A stretch of DNA of 64,000 bases from Cycas panzhihuaensis (lineage: Eukaryota; Plantae; Cycadophyta), in the NCBI GenBank assembly GCA_023213395.1, contig CM041465.1, positions 73,353,741 through 73,417,740 on the forward strand, read 5' to 3'. The notes under the pieces are model-generated. The model did no database searches and was not told the DNA's origin. It was given only the letters and a program-made list of their open reading frames with translations. Position numbers and translations under genes: made by a program. Below, in pieces: positions 1 through 12,795 of the stretch. How positions within the stretch are numbered: position 1 is the stretch's first letter; each line of letters opens with the position of its first letter.

Positions 1-2170
1 GGATTGCTTATCTAAATGAATGTAACTCACGTGTGTGTGAGTGATTGCTTTAGGGGTCCTAACCATTCTCCTTACATGATTAGTAGTTTGAACATTTCAA
101 TTCAGAGATTATCTTATTTAATGTTTTAAGTTCAAATTCATGTTTAAAGTGGTCTTATTTATAGACATGAATATAAATTTTTAATGATTTTAAAGTAGGA
201 GTCTTAATTAAAAAAATAACAAATAAATATTGAAAGTGCAAGGTAAGACTTTAGAGTGCTTAGTAAGGAAGGGGTCATTGCTAAAAGGTAAAAAAATAAT
301 CCTTCTTCAAACAAAAAAAAAACACCTGTAACAACAAAGCACCACATACCATTAGCTTAAAAAATGAGTGAAAAATACTTCTCAAATGATAAAAGGTCCT
401 TTATAATGTGCTTACAACTGAAAAATACCTTAAACATATATTTAAAGTTTTTAACTAATTAAAAAAATACTTTAGAAACATAAAATAAGGGGAAATAAAG
501 GGGCTTATTTAGTCTAAAATATAGCCAAAATATGTCAAATGATAATTCATGTTGAAGTACTCTGAGTCTATATTCTAACAGTTTAGATGGCTAAAAAAAC
601 AAACAGTCGGTTGAGAAGATATAAGCAAAATAGTACAACATGTTCCTTATGAACGAAAAACTAAATTGTGAGGCTTTTAATCCCTTTCATAGTGTAGCCC
701 TTGGCTATGTTTAGGGTACATATGACCAACTGCTTATCCCAAGGATGCTTCACAGACTTGAAAACAAATTCCAATTAGATTAAATATGTCAAAAATGTTT
801 GTAAAAGAATATATACTGTGATCGAAAATTTAAAGAGTCACATGACCTTTAATGCTTAGCCTATAAGTGATAAACTTTTTGCAAAATTGGTGAAATCTCG
901 ATCGAATCTCCAAAGAATCTTCTAATCTTGCTTGGGCAAGCTAGGATGGCTTTACCTGATATGTTGGGCTCAAAAGCGACATGGAAAGCAAAGGGTGTCA
1001 CTTGACGAAAGCTTTAAAGTAGAGTCAGACTTTATGCAACAATGTAGAGCCGAGGTAGATCACATAGGGACTGTTGGTGACATAAACTTCACACAAGAAA
1101 TGGAGAGAACTCATCACGATCTTCATAGTTGAATGATCATCCACGGTGGTTATATCTTCTATGGTTGAGACGCCTTCTAACTGTGGACAGGTGTTGCTCC
1201 AATCTGATGTAGATGCACCCTCTTCACTCAGCTACGAACAACTCCATGGAAATTGTAGAAGCCCATTAGGGAGGCCGCTTTTAGTGCATACACCACGAAG
1301 GTAGGATGCATAGAAGTAGAGATCCTCGGCCAAGTAGATGGAGTAGTGGGAGTGATGTGTGCTATGCAGTTTGAGCATGAACTTTATAGGCAACCATGCA
1401 ACAAAGGAGAAGGTTCACAATTTATGGAAGTAGGGGCTATGCATTTCGAGAGGTCGCATACAACCACAAACAAGTAGGTTCATGTGGCGGACAACACCAA
1501 AATAAAGGGAATAATACTCAATGGAGACAAATAAGATTTAAACATATTTTTGTTTGTTTTGGATGTCCACACAGAACAAGAGCAAATATGGTCTAATAAT
1601 TTTTTTAAATGAAGTTAAATAGCATGCATCATTTTGAACAACTCTTGCAAACATGGTTCTATTTTTCACAATGTAATGGAATGATGTTCTTCACTTGATG
1701 AATGATCAACCTGTAGCTAATTAGTATTTGTTGAAGAAAGTAAGAGAGTCTCACTCTGATACCAAATGATAGAATTAGAATTAATATTACACCTAGAAAC
1801 AAACGTCGGGATCTTTATTCTCAGTATTTAATAGATATAAACTTATCAAATATTTCATGAACGCATTCAAATGAACATAATATATAAATGATTATAAATT
1901 GGATCTAAACTAGTGATAGATCAAATTAATTGATAGTTGATATAGAACTTTGGCAGAGTTTTGATTGTCACCAAATATACAACCTTATCTAGTTGTTAAG
2001 TGTAGACATGGTCTTAATTTATAAAGGGCTCAACGTCTATCATATTACAAACAATAAGTGTGCATTGGACATCATATGCTCATACTTCATCAGACCTTAT
2101 ATTACATACACTTGATTGGATAGTCATGAAGTTAGAGTAGGGTGATAATCCTCAACTAGGAAGTGCAACA
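1..2170 (-). mobile_element. 5' end (LTR, PBS, non-coding leader) of a minus-strand LTR retrotransposon, probably Copia, continuing off the left edge
   Basis: Reverse-complement Met PBS ctctgatacca at 1754-1764, then 2 nt, then an LTR terminus tgatag at 1767. The other terminus is probably gtgcaaca at 2170, but this is uncertain. Confidence 0.6.
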
Positions 2171-2532
2171 CTACATCATAAATTAAGCCATAATTGACTA
2201 ACCTTACACAAAAGTACATGAAGGGGCATTATATTTTAACATAAGGAACCACCTTAAGTTGAACTCACTTGACACCATGTTGTGCATAAATTGTTACAAA
2301 CCTAATTGGAACTTGAGGATAATCATTGAATTCAAGACAACACACAAGTATGCTTAAGAGATTTAATAATTAAAAGACCAATAAGTTTTATTGATAAAAA
2401 ATAAATGATGTTTTACTATAATGATTTTCATATTTTAATAGGTAGTATGGTGTTTATTCGAAAGTTTGTGACCTTTCAATCATACTCTTTTAAATATTAA
2501 ATAATAGTTAATTATTAAATAGGGTTGTAACA

Positions 2533-3900
2533 ATAACCCCTTCTTAAAATGCTTTGTCTTTGAAGCACATTAAAAATGCTAGCATAATGTTGCTTCTTAT
2601 TGATATGAGGATGTCATAATCATTTGGTGTATATCATTGAGTTGTAATTATTGGAAGTTTAAAACAATAGAGAATGCAAATACAAAAGTAAACTTAAATA
2701 ACTTGATGTTATTGTAGACCTTTCTAAATTCTTTGGTAGATGTTGATTACAAAAATCTTGAGTTCCTATATATGCTGTTATTTGTAGAATGAAGAATGTT
2801 GCCAAGGAATCCTGCACTTGATTCTGACTTCAGATTGCTGATGGATGTTATATTTTGAATAATTATTATTTGCAAGATTACTAAATACAAGTCTATGAAA
2901 AGTTGATGTTAGTGTTGATATAAACCATCGTCTTAAAATATAAGATTCTATATCAATGCTTGGGATTTGCTTGGATTCACTAGGGGATAAAATAATTTTT
3001 GTTGACACTAGAGAAACCACTAATATATAATATTAATTATTTGATTCGTATTATTTTATATATTGATTTCACCAACATTATCTTTAAAAGTTTTACTTTT
3101 AGTTTCATAAATATCATTTTTTATATTAGGAGTTGGGTTACGATTTCCAAAATTATTGAATATATTTCTCTAAAAAGTCATTGGTATTATTGCATGATAG
3201 TATTGTTTTAAAATATAAAAGTTTATATACTAGTTTCTAAATTCTGCCTAGGTTGATTAAGACACTAACTTATTATTGCTAGTACTAATACCTTTTTGCT
3301 CGGATTGATCAGGGGTTGTTATTGACATTAGTTAGTTCTCCTTAAATGGATCAGAGGATAGAAATATCATCATTAGCATTAGTGACTTTTTTGGCATATG
3401 CTTAATACCTTTTTGGTTATAAATTATTATCTATTTTTTTAGAAATGGTATTGGCTTTTCATCCCCATCAACTATCAATATTCCATCCTTATTTTCTTGT
3501 TGCTTATTGTCTTTTTCTTGTTGCTTGCTCAAATTATGGGTTATGATTTCCCTTGTGAACTACTTGTAGTTCATAAACCTTTTTTCCTTCTACGTCGTAT
3601 GATCTTGTCCTGCATTATCTTTTAATATAATTGTATTATCATCATCTACCTGCCTTACAAATTCATCTATATGTTCTTCATGGATTTTAGTTGAGTTTTT
3701 GTTATGTAAATATTCTAACCTTCTTAATTGCTCTTTTAATTTTTTGTCTAATGCCAATAAGAGGGCATCATTAAGGCTCACTAATGTCGAAAAAGATTTT
3801 AGGTATTTGAGCTATATTTGGTGAAAGAATCCTTCATTATTTTTGTCTTTATATATGAACTCATGCTTGGCTTCTATGATGTTCCCTATCCAAAGCTTCC
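2533..3900 (-). pseudogene. Decayed ORF module shared with copies B and C (ALDKKLKE...DDNTIILKD), probably gag-derived
   Basis: ORF 3590-3781 (LLLALDKKLKEQLRRLEYLH..HEEHIDEFV..DDNTIILKD) aligns with 9330-9490 (YLLALDKKLKE*VKKLQELH..HERHIDKLV..KDDTSILKA). ORF 2778-3020 aligns with ORF 8844-9209. Confidence 0.75.
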
Positions 3901-4568
3901 CCTACTCTCTTGAGAAATTATAAAGTAGGACTTCATTCATGCTTGATGTTGGTCTATTGCTGATTAAATCTAACTTCTAAGAAAGGCCGCCTTCTACAAT
4001 CTTCTTGGATATATAAATAGTGAATCTTGTAACTTTGTATGTCTTGAGTTGTTAATGATATTACATAAGCAACTCAATGTTATATTATTCTTTCTGCAGT
4101 GTGTTCTTACTATAGTACTAGGTGATATATACAAGGGATTCAATTTATGCATGAGAGTAAATTATGTTACAATTGATTGTTTGATTACATACTAGGACTG
4201 ATGTCACTATATAATGCAAGTTATATAGTGGTGGCTCAATATAGCAAATGATATTAATGTGGGCCTTATTGCTTAGTATGTTGTTGTTATATTATAGCTA
4301 TGGGTTATATTGTTATAATGGTGGGTTAATATAACTTTTGAGGTATTGGACAATATATTGCTTGTTTGACTATAAAGATAGGCAAGATGCGTTATCGTTA
4401 CTTATTAATATAAATACAAGGCAATGATTCAATATGGTAGTTTGACCATGGCTCAGACTCATATATTTAAGGTGACAAATTTATCTCTATTATGAAGGGG
4501 TGTATATAGGGTTATGCTATATATGCAAAAAGGCATATATATTAGGCAATTTGTTTTCATTATAAAGG

Positions 4569-4590
4569 CACACACACACACACACACACA
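4569..4590. repeat. (CA)n microsatellite abutting the rbcL stop codon
   Basis: Visible directly in the sequence. Confidence 0.95.
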
Positions 4591-4591
4591 A

Positions 4592-4960
4592 TTACAAGAC
4601 ATAAATTGCCTCAAATTCAAATTTGATCTCCTTCCATACTTCACAAGTAGAAGCTAATTCGAGACTCCATTTACTGGCTTTGTGGATTACTTCATTACCT
4701 TCATGAGCAAGACCATGCCCTTCATTATGCGCTTATACACAAGCTTCTAAGGCAACTCGATTCACTACTGCACTAGGTGCATTTCCCCAAGGGTGTCCCA
4801 AAGTTCCCCCATCGAACTGTAGTATAGAATCATCCCCAAAGATCTCGGTTAGAGCAGGCATATGCCAAATGTGAATACCCCCTGAAGCTATGGGCATAAC
4901 ACCTGGCATATATACTCAATCTTGGGTGAAATAAATACCAAAACTTTGATCTCTTTCTAA
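4592..4960 (-). pseudogene. rbcL: Nuclear copy of the plastid rbcL 3' end (RuBisCO large subunit, ~aa 355-475 plus stop), pseudogenised
   Basis: Minus strand reads [119 protein letters not shown]. The 366 bp from E355 to the stop has no net indel and two transition-derived stops. Confidence 0.97.
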
Positions 4961-4998
4961 AAAAAAAAGAAAAAGAATAAAATAAATAAAATAAAATA

Positions 4999-5000
<2 letters not shown>

Positions 5001-5051
<51 letters not shown>
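5001..5051. repeat. (AC)n microsatellite
   Basis: Visible directly in the sequence. Confidence 0.97.
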
Positions 5052-5054
<3 letters not shown>

Positions 5055-5356
5055 ATAGATAAATAGATAGGGTTAAGTGATATGCAAAAATCCTTATATA
5101 TATGGCAATTTATCTTTGTTACAAAGGTGTATATTATTTCCAAGATACGAAACCACAACAATGATAATAATAACAACAAAGGGTTGACTATTTGCATAGC
5201 TCAAGTAGATCTCTTAAGATATATATTATTCAAAATTCATAAGAGTTGATTTATATCTCATTGTTTATGTATTCTCCTTGTATATGTAGGTGATTAATAT
5301 TCTCTATGTATTAAAGTTCAAAGGCATGTTTATATATTTCCAAACTTAAATACGTA

Positions 5357-5487
<131 letters not shown>

Positions 5488-7109
5488 ATGTAGTACAAAT
5501 GGTGATGCCTATATATATTATAGACAAAGGAAGGACTATGTATAATGTAATGCAATCTGTGGTGCAGTTGTTCCCACAATGTCATGATACACCTCGACTC
5601 ACCCAAGGGTTTTCATCACTGTTCAATATTCAACATACCCCAAGGTCTTCGTCAATATGTAGGCTTGTTGTAGATACTCAATGGAAGACTCAATTCTATA
5701 TCTATATGTTGATGTGTATGACATAAGTCAGAATATGAATATTTGCAACTTACGTAGGGGTGTTAATTAAGTGATATGTAGATATATGTTTTATAGTTCT
5801 TTTTGTGGCTCCTCTTTAATTTCTTGCCTTCTATATATATAAGTCAACCATGGATGATGATACATAATCGTCGTCACGTGATAGCCAATAACTACTTTGT
5901 AGATGTGATAATTAAGGCAATATAGGATGCACAACTAGGGTAATATAGATGCCCAATCGAAGCTTCTAATCTGTGTAGACCTCTCAAGATTACTCGCCTA
6001 CAAAGGCTTACTAGAGGATAATCATAAGAGGCATAAGAATGATGATTGATATTAAGTGATAGCCTATCTAGATGTTGGCTTGATAATCATGATAGGGTAC
6101 TTGATAACCCGAAAGATGGCTTGACAAAAGATAGATAAATGATAGTGATAAAAGTAGAGAGAATATGAAGTGATAATAAAGGAGCTCAAGCTAGAGAAAC
6201 GAGTGAAAAGGAGGGAATTAGATATGTAATGATTGATTTAGAACTTCACAAAGCAGAAAAGGATGGTAGGTCCAACCTCAAGCTCAATAAAAGATTATTA
6301 TAAGAAGAATGTGGGCAGAGTTCTTACTTATTAGAATGTCACCCAAGTGTCGACTTGTACTTTGATACCACTCATTATGAACCTAGTTTGTAACTTGAGA
6401 ATAATTATTGAACTAAGAGAGAACACAAGTACACTGAAGAGATTTAATAGTTAAAAGATTTTGCTACAATGATTTTCATATTTTTATAGGTGGTATGGTG
6501 TTCATTTGAAAGGTCATGGCCTTTCAATCACACCCTTTCAAATATTAAATAATAGTGAATTATTAATTAGGGTTGTGACATAAACTACTATAACGTTCTT
6601 AGAGAAGAATAAGAAGCAATCTACAAATACAAGGAAGTTCAACGAATGCAATAGTTGGGGGCACCTATGCATCCAAATTGGATCTACATCTTCAAATCTA
6701 ATGGAAAACACTCAAGAGATCTCACACAATGGTGGCTCTTTATATTAGATTGCAAGATAGGCTTACTTTAAATATTACCATATAACAGATCTCAAAAGAC
6801 ACAAATGGGACAATCAATAGAACAGATTTATTATTGATCATTAAAAAAATTAAGTATAGTATAGGACATCAAAAGACTACACTATAATGAGCCCAAATGT
6901 AATAGCATGAAGCAAAGTAAGATATTCCCTAATACTCCAAAAGGCCCTATAAATACAACTAAAGGCCTCTTGCATGAATACCACATAGTGAGGGTAGATG
7001 AACCTTCATATAGAAATTTCAAGTGGTGAATATCCTACTACAATGAGTTGCTACTATTGATCAAGTGCCACAATCGAAAGCAACTATGTAGCATTTCCCC
7101 TTCCCTGAG

Positions 7110-8220
7110 ATGTTGGGTTCCTAAAGTTAAGAAGATGTGGATGTATTTGAATGAACTCTAATGATTCCCATGTTTTTTTTCTTAATTTGTAGCCTACCCA
7201 TTGCATAAGATACTCTTAGATGGTCTAGTTATTGAGGCATGCTAGCGATTGGCTAATATGTGGTCGTGAAGAACAATGAGAACTTGTTCATCATCAAGAA
7301 TAAAGGGGACAATTTGGAGAGTGGCAGATTGACAAACGTGTTTCTTAAGGCAAGAGATGTAGAAGATGTTGTGAATTTTGGAGTTAGGGAGAACTTTAAG
7401 GGCACATGCAACTTCCCTGATGCATTAGAGGATTATGTATGGGAGGCTGAGTTTGTGTTGCTTGTAAATTTTGAGGGATTGTTATTTATATGGTTGGAGG
7501 TGAAGAAAGATTAAGTCATTTGTGAAAATGGATCAATTGAAGTGGTAGCATTCAACAAGTTGTTTCATAGAATTACGAGTGGTGGGTAGGTTTTGTTTGA
7601 GTGTGTTGAGAGTTTTTTCCATGTCTTGAAGTTCTTATTAGATGGCAATCGTATATTAGTTGGTAGTATGTGGTGGGATGGCGGAGGGTAGCCATAAAGG
7701 GCCATAAATGGGGACATACTAATGGCAGAGACGTGAGAGGAGTTGTACCCATATTTGGTGAGGGCTAACTAGGATGTCCATTTATTTTGGTATTCAGATG
7801 CAAAATAATGTAAGTAGGTTTCTAATGTTTTGTTGAGGACTTTTGATTAGCCATTAGTCTGGGGGTGGTAAGTCGAGCTCATGTTGAAGGTGGTTCCTAA
7901 GGCACAAGAGATCTCTTACTAGAATAAACTTGTAAATTTAAGGTCTCAGTCATAAACTATGGTGGAAGAGAAGCCATAGAGTCAAAACATTGATTGGATG
8001 TACAAATTGGCAAGACGTATGGCTTTGTAGGAGGCATGGACAGGTAGGAAACGGTCATACGTGGTCAATTTATCCATGGTGACTAAGATGGAGTTGAAAT
8101 TGATGGATGAAAGAAGTTCAATAATAAAGTCCATGGCAATATCCTATTATATGCCTTCGGAAATGTGGAGAGGTTCGTTGAGGCCTTGTTACACAATTGT
8201 CTTTGCTTTATTACGTTGGC
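7110..8220 (-). pseudogene. Integrase core and chromodomain remnant of the chromovirus
   Basis: Degenerate MDFIIEL..NFNSILVTMDKLT, STYHPQTNG and chromodomain motifs with many stops. Confidence 0.85.
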
Positions 8221-9441
8221 TATTACGGACCTTTCTCCGTAACTTGAGAAGACAACCAATTTGAAGGGATTACACAAGTGCGCCATAGATAAATAATAGT
8301 CAAAGACCAATTGATTGATTGTAAAATATATATGATGTCCACCAATACAATGAAGCCATATTTATAGGTACATAATAGGCCTCTTTTAACTTTGAAAGTT
8401 GCAACTATTCGAGAAGCATCCTTTTATGAATATTTGCTTAATTAACTTTAAGAAGGTTCGTAACAATTCCTCCCCCTTAAGATGTTTCACCCAAGAAACA
8501 AATTCGAATGATTGGTTGACCACTTCATTTAAGGTGGTTCATAACAAAAGCTTCTTCTTGAAATGTTTCGTCTTCGAAACTTGATAACGATTAGCTTGAT
8601 GTCTCCTCTTGCTAATAAAAGGATAACATAATCATCTGACATATGTCATCGAGTCATATTTGCTAGAACTTCAAATAATGAATACACATATAATAGCAAG
8701 CTTAAATAGGCTGATGGGACTGTGGAATAATTAGAATTCTTTCGTAGATGTCGATTACAAAAATATTGAATTCCTATATACTTTTGCTTGTAAGACAAAG
8801 ATGGTTACCACAGAATCTTCCATTCAATTTTGACTTTAAGTTGTCAACATGTATAGTATTGTTTTGGAATGTATGGTTTAATACCACTACTTGAAAACTT
8901 CTCAGATTTATTAAGAAACGAAATGGTTTTTGCTGACACTAGAAAATCCTTAGATACATATAATATAATTATTTGATTCATATTATTTGATTGATTAAGA
9001 AGTGAGCTTGATATTGTCGGTATCAGTAATTTTTGTTTAGATGGATCAAGAAATGTTATTAGTACTAGTTGATCCTTCTTCAATTGATCAAGGAATGTAG
9101 ATATTACCACTGGCATTAGCGACCATTTTGATATATACTTAATATTTTTATAGATTGTCATGTTTTCTTTTGGGAACGATACTAACATTTTATCTTTGTT
9201 AGCTACCAATAAGTTATCCTTATTTTTTTGTAGTATATATTTTCTTCTTCTTGCATGCTCAAATCATGTGTCGGGATTATGATTTGATTTATAGGCTCTT
9301 TTTCTTTCTGTATTACATGTTCTTGTATCCCAATGGCTTTTAATATAGACGTGTCATCCTTATATATGTCGTTGACAAGTTTATCTATATGTCTTTCATG
9401 ATTAAATGAATTCTCTTAATGCAACTCCTGTAATTTTTTAC

Positions 9442-10270
9442 TTATTCTTTTAATTTCTTATCTAACGCTAATAAGTAAGTGTCATTGAGATTTATTAATG
9501 TTGGAGAAGATTCTTTATGTTTATCTCCACTTTTTGAATCTGAAATCTTTTCATTTCTTCCCAATTTTCCATGAGTCCTTGCTTCCATAAGTCCTTTCAT
9601 AGTCTTTGCTTCTGTTTGAAGAGGTCCATGTAAACTAGTAGAATAGTTGTATGAGTTTTGATTGTATGTTGTTAACAGAGGTGGATCAACCTTTGCTTCA
9701 AAAAGTTCTTCTTCCCATCCACTTTTCAGGTAATTTTGTTTGGGAAGTAATGCCCAATTTTTCAAACAGTCTTCAAGCCAACGATGGCTGACTAACTTAA
9801 TTCCCATTTGTTTAGAAACACTGTATTTATTGCCTTCATGCTTGTAACAAATAAAATGTGTTACTTCACTTACAATTAATAGCTTTATAAATCGTGTTGC
9901 GATTATCCCAATCATTCTCATAATGTCACAATGATCTTGCCCTTGATATCCAGTTAAGCAAATGCATAAGGATGCACTACCTGGAATGTCCATCATATTT
10001 CTTACACGTTTGTACAATATTTTATTAGTATCCGCTGGCCAAACTATCTACAATTCATAAGTATGTAGCCAATGCCTTGCCATCCTTCCTAGTCGTAGAA
10101 CAAATAGGATTATAGTATGATAGCTGGTAAACAATGATGTGAGTACAACTTATGTTGTATCGTCTTGCATTGAATGCCCCCTAGTACATAAGTTCTGTTG
10201 CATATTTGTTTTGTGTCGTAGGGTCAAATCCTACTAGCACAAATCTTACTCCTTGAAATAATGTTCCCAT
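9442..10270 (-). pseudogene. Captured intron-free N-terminal tandem BRCT domains of an At4g02110-like gene, fused to the element's ORF
   Basis: BRCT1 reads MGTLFQGVRFVLVGFDP..CTHIIVYQLSYYNPIC..RKDGK..L*IVDS (10270-10045, with stops). After a frameshift, BRCT2 reads ILYKRV..IPGS..ICLTGYQGQD..DIMRM..VTHFICYKHEGNKY..IKLVSHRWLEDCLKNWALLP..SGWE (ORF 9442-10017). This matches my recollection of plant At4g02110-type proteins. Confidence 0.88.
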
Positions 10271-11190
10271 TTCTTTGCCTATGCCCTTCACCTAACTTGT
10301 GTCTAAGATTTATGTAGGAGATAGAAGTGCAAGGGTCTCCGTGGAGGTGCGAGGATCTTTATGTGATGTGTTAGGGTGGATATAATACCTCCTATGTATA
10401 GACCCTATCTTCCCTTTGGAGCTCACTTAACTATCAATTGATGCCTTTAAACACCACTTTTAAAGAGTATATTCTCTCTCGCTATAATTTATTATTGTTG
10501 TTGGGTATGTCAATTTATTCTTTGGTACAATATATTCTTCTCTTAGGGTTGGATGATATTATTAAATATCCTTAGAACTATATATATGAGCTCACCATAT
10601 AGTTGATCAACACACAATGTAGAGTTTTACTGGATAATTGATCAAAACAATGTAGAATTTACTAGATAATTGATCAAAACATGAGCATAGGTTTATATGA
10701 ACCTCACACCTTTGTTGATGCACCTCATAGTTATATAGATGGTTTCATTAGATAGTTAATTAGTGCACAAACGTAAGACCCACACCCGCTAGATAATTGT
10801 TAACATATTTGAAATATTTATGTATTGCTTTGATTGTAGCGTTAAAGCATTTGTACTCGAAAATAATATTGAAACTTCTAATTGTGATTTTGGTTTGCCT
10901 TGATAAACAAAATTATATGTTGCTTTTAAATCGACGATGTGTGAGATATATGTATGCTCGGTATAGGTTTTCCTGACGACAAAGTGTTACAATGATGATA
11001 TCAACAGGTGGAGTCCGAGACCTTATTTTGCTGTATTTTCGAGATCTTGATTTGGCATTTGTCAATGCCAACAATGGTTTCTTTTAATTATTTTGTCGGC
11101 GTGCTGAATCATAAGTTGCATAACATCTATAACGGCCACGATTCGACCGTCGACCGGTGCAGAATGAGATGGAGAATGGCTATTATAAAA

Positions 11191-11295
11191 TAGTTGTGAT
11201 GACACTGTTGTTAAAGCCGTCGACCTTCACAGAGGACAATGTAGCTGTGATGACATCGTTGTTAAAGCCGTCGCCCTTCACGAAACACGAGCGTA
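11191..11295. repeat. 51-bp tandem duplication (2 copies)
   Basis: tagttgtgatgacactgttgttaaagccgtcgaccttcac at 11191 and tagctgtgatgacatcgttgttaaagccgtcgcccttcac at 11242. Confidence 0.85.
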
Positions 11296-12795
11296 GAGCC
11301 AAGAACTTGGAAGAATTCACTCATTCGGTTAATAAGATCATAGATCTACAACGTTGACTTCTGTATTAAGGCTTATACCTTTTTTTGAGCGACGTGGCTA
11401 TATATGAAAATAAGATAATGGAGCAATAGAGGAACGACAGGATGGAAGCAAGACGGAACTGGAGGAAATGAGGAGGAAACGAGACGGATGGACAGACAAA
11501 TGACTAGACAGATTGATGGATGAATCTCGAGAGAGATCAAGATTGGTGAGATGGATGGATTTGAAGACGAACAACTATATTACAATCGTGGATTAAGATA
11601 TATCAACCCGATATCACCTGGTAAGATCGCACCCACAAGATATTTCGTTTCCCTCGATGGGGCAGCACATATACTTCGGAAATTCCCCGTCGCTATGTAG
11701 TAGTATGTATTTGTAAACTTCTTTCAATGAATATAGCAAATAGTATTCACTATTTTTAAATTTTTAATAGGCTACGTCGATGACGAACATGCGACAGAAA
11801 TGGATAAGTTAAACTGAGGTGGACTATGTTATATATATTTGACCCAAACGCAGGCATGGAAAGGATCAACGCTTCTAATTGATCTTCCCACGGTTTTTGG
11901 GTTACCTCCATAATCAAATTTATGTTGTTGAGAACTATCGTGTGAGGCTCCTGATTTTCCAATTTCTATTATGTTTCATAATTCCTTCCGGTCGCCCATT
12001 TTTATATTTTATGGTGTCAGGAGAAGTCTATAACCCAGCTATAATGTTAGGCATTAAGTTATGCTTTCTAATAATTAGAAGCTTGAAGAAATACTTCACT
12101 TCTAAGTGGAGGCGCTCAATGACAAGGGTATTCACATGCGCTTCAACACTTTATATTATCAAATAATGACACAAGTGAAGTTTATATTCAAAATGTCATT
12201 GTCATTGGATGAAGGTTGGAATCAGGTGTAGTTAAATTTATCTGCCTTTATTACAAGAGCTTATTCTACTTTATTCTATTGATTTCATTGAGACATTTTG
12301 TGTCTCACAAATTCGCGCCAACTGCCGATTGTGACACATTTACTTCTATAGTCGTTTCAACTCTAAAACAAATTTGGCAATAATAAAAGATGTGAAAGTA
12401 ATTAAGTCATTGTTAATTATTAGTGCATAATATATATGCTTCTTCAACAAGTTTAATGTGGCACAATGAGTGGCACCGGAGTGAATGGAGTAGATAAAGA
12501 TTGTTAATGTCAAGTGAGACAGGCTAAACTTACTCTGATACCACTTGTTACAGACCTTTTTCCGTAACTTGAGGAGATAGTCAGTTTGAAGGTATTACAC
12601 AAGTGCGCCAGAGATAAATAATAGTCAAAGACCAATTGATTGATTATAAAATATATATGATGTCCAAAAATATAATGAAGCCATATTTATAGGTACATAA
12701 TAGGCCTCCTTTAACTTTGAAAGTTGCAACTATTTGAGAAGCATGCCTTCATGAATATTTGCTTAATTAACTTTAAGAAGGTTCGTAACATTAGA

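Larger units (their letters stand above)
8221..12790 (-). mobile_element. Non-autonomous (pol-less) Gypsy-derived LTR element, copy B, carrying a tandem-BRCT cargo, inserted in the integrase zinc finger of the chromovirus
   Basis: 245-bp LTRs at 8221-8465 and 12546-12790 (about 19 mismatches by eye). Met PBS tactctgatacca at 12531-12543, PPT attcctccccctt at 8466-8478. The TSD is degenerate (ttggc/ttaga), but removing the element restores host integrase KYDMCQRNKA. Confidence 0.92.

Noticed and set aside
5490-5730. Possible second gene fragment in element A
   Set aside because: The frames I translated gave no recognisable protein; a BLASTX search would be needed.
9442-10017. BRCT ORF as a functional host gene
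   Set aside because: It lies between paired LTRs, lacks an ATG start, and its upstream BRCT1 has stops and a frameshift.
11661-11675. ggcagcacatatact matches the 5' part of animal U6 snRNA
   Set aside because: Only 15 nt, no downstream ACAGAGA box, and plant U6 has a different 5' end. Probably chance.
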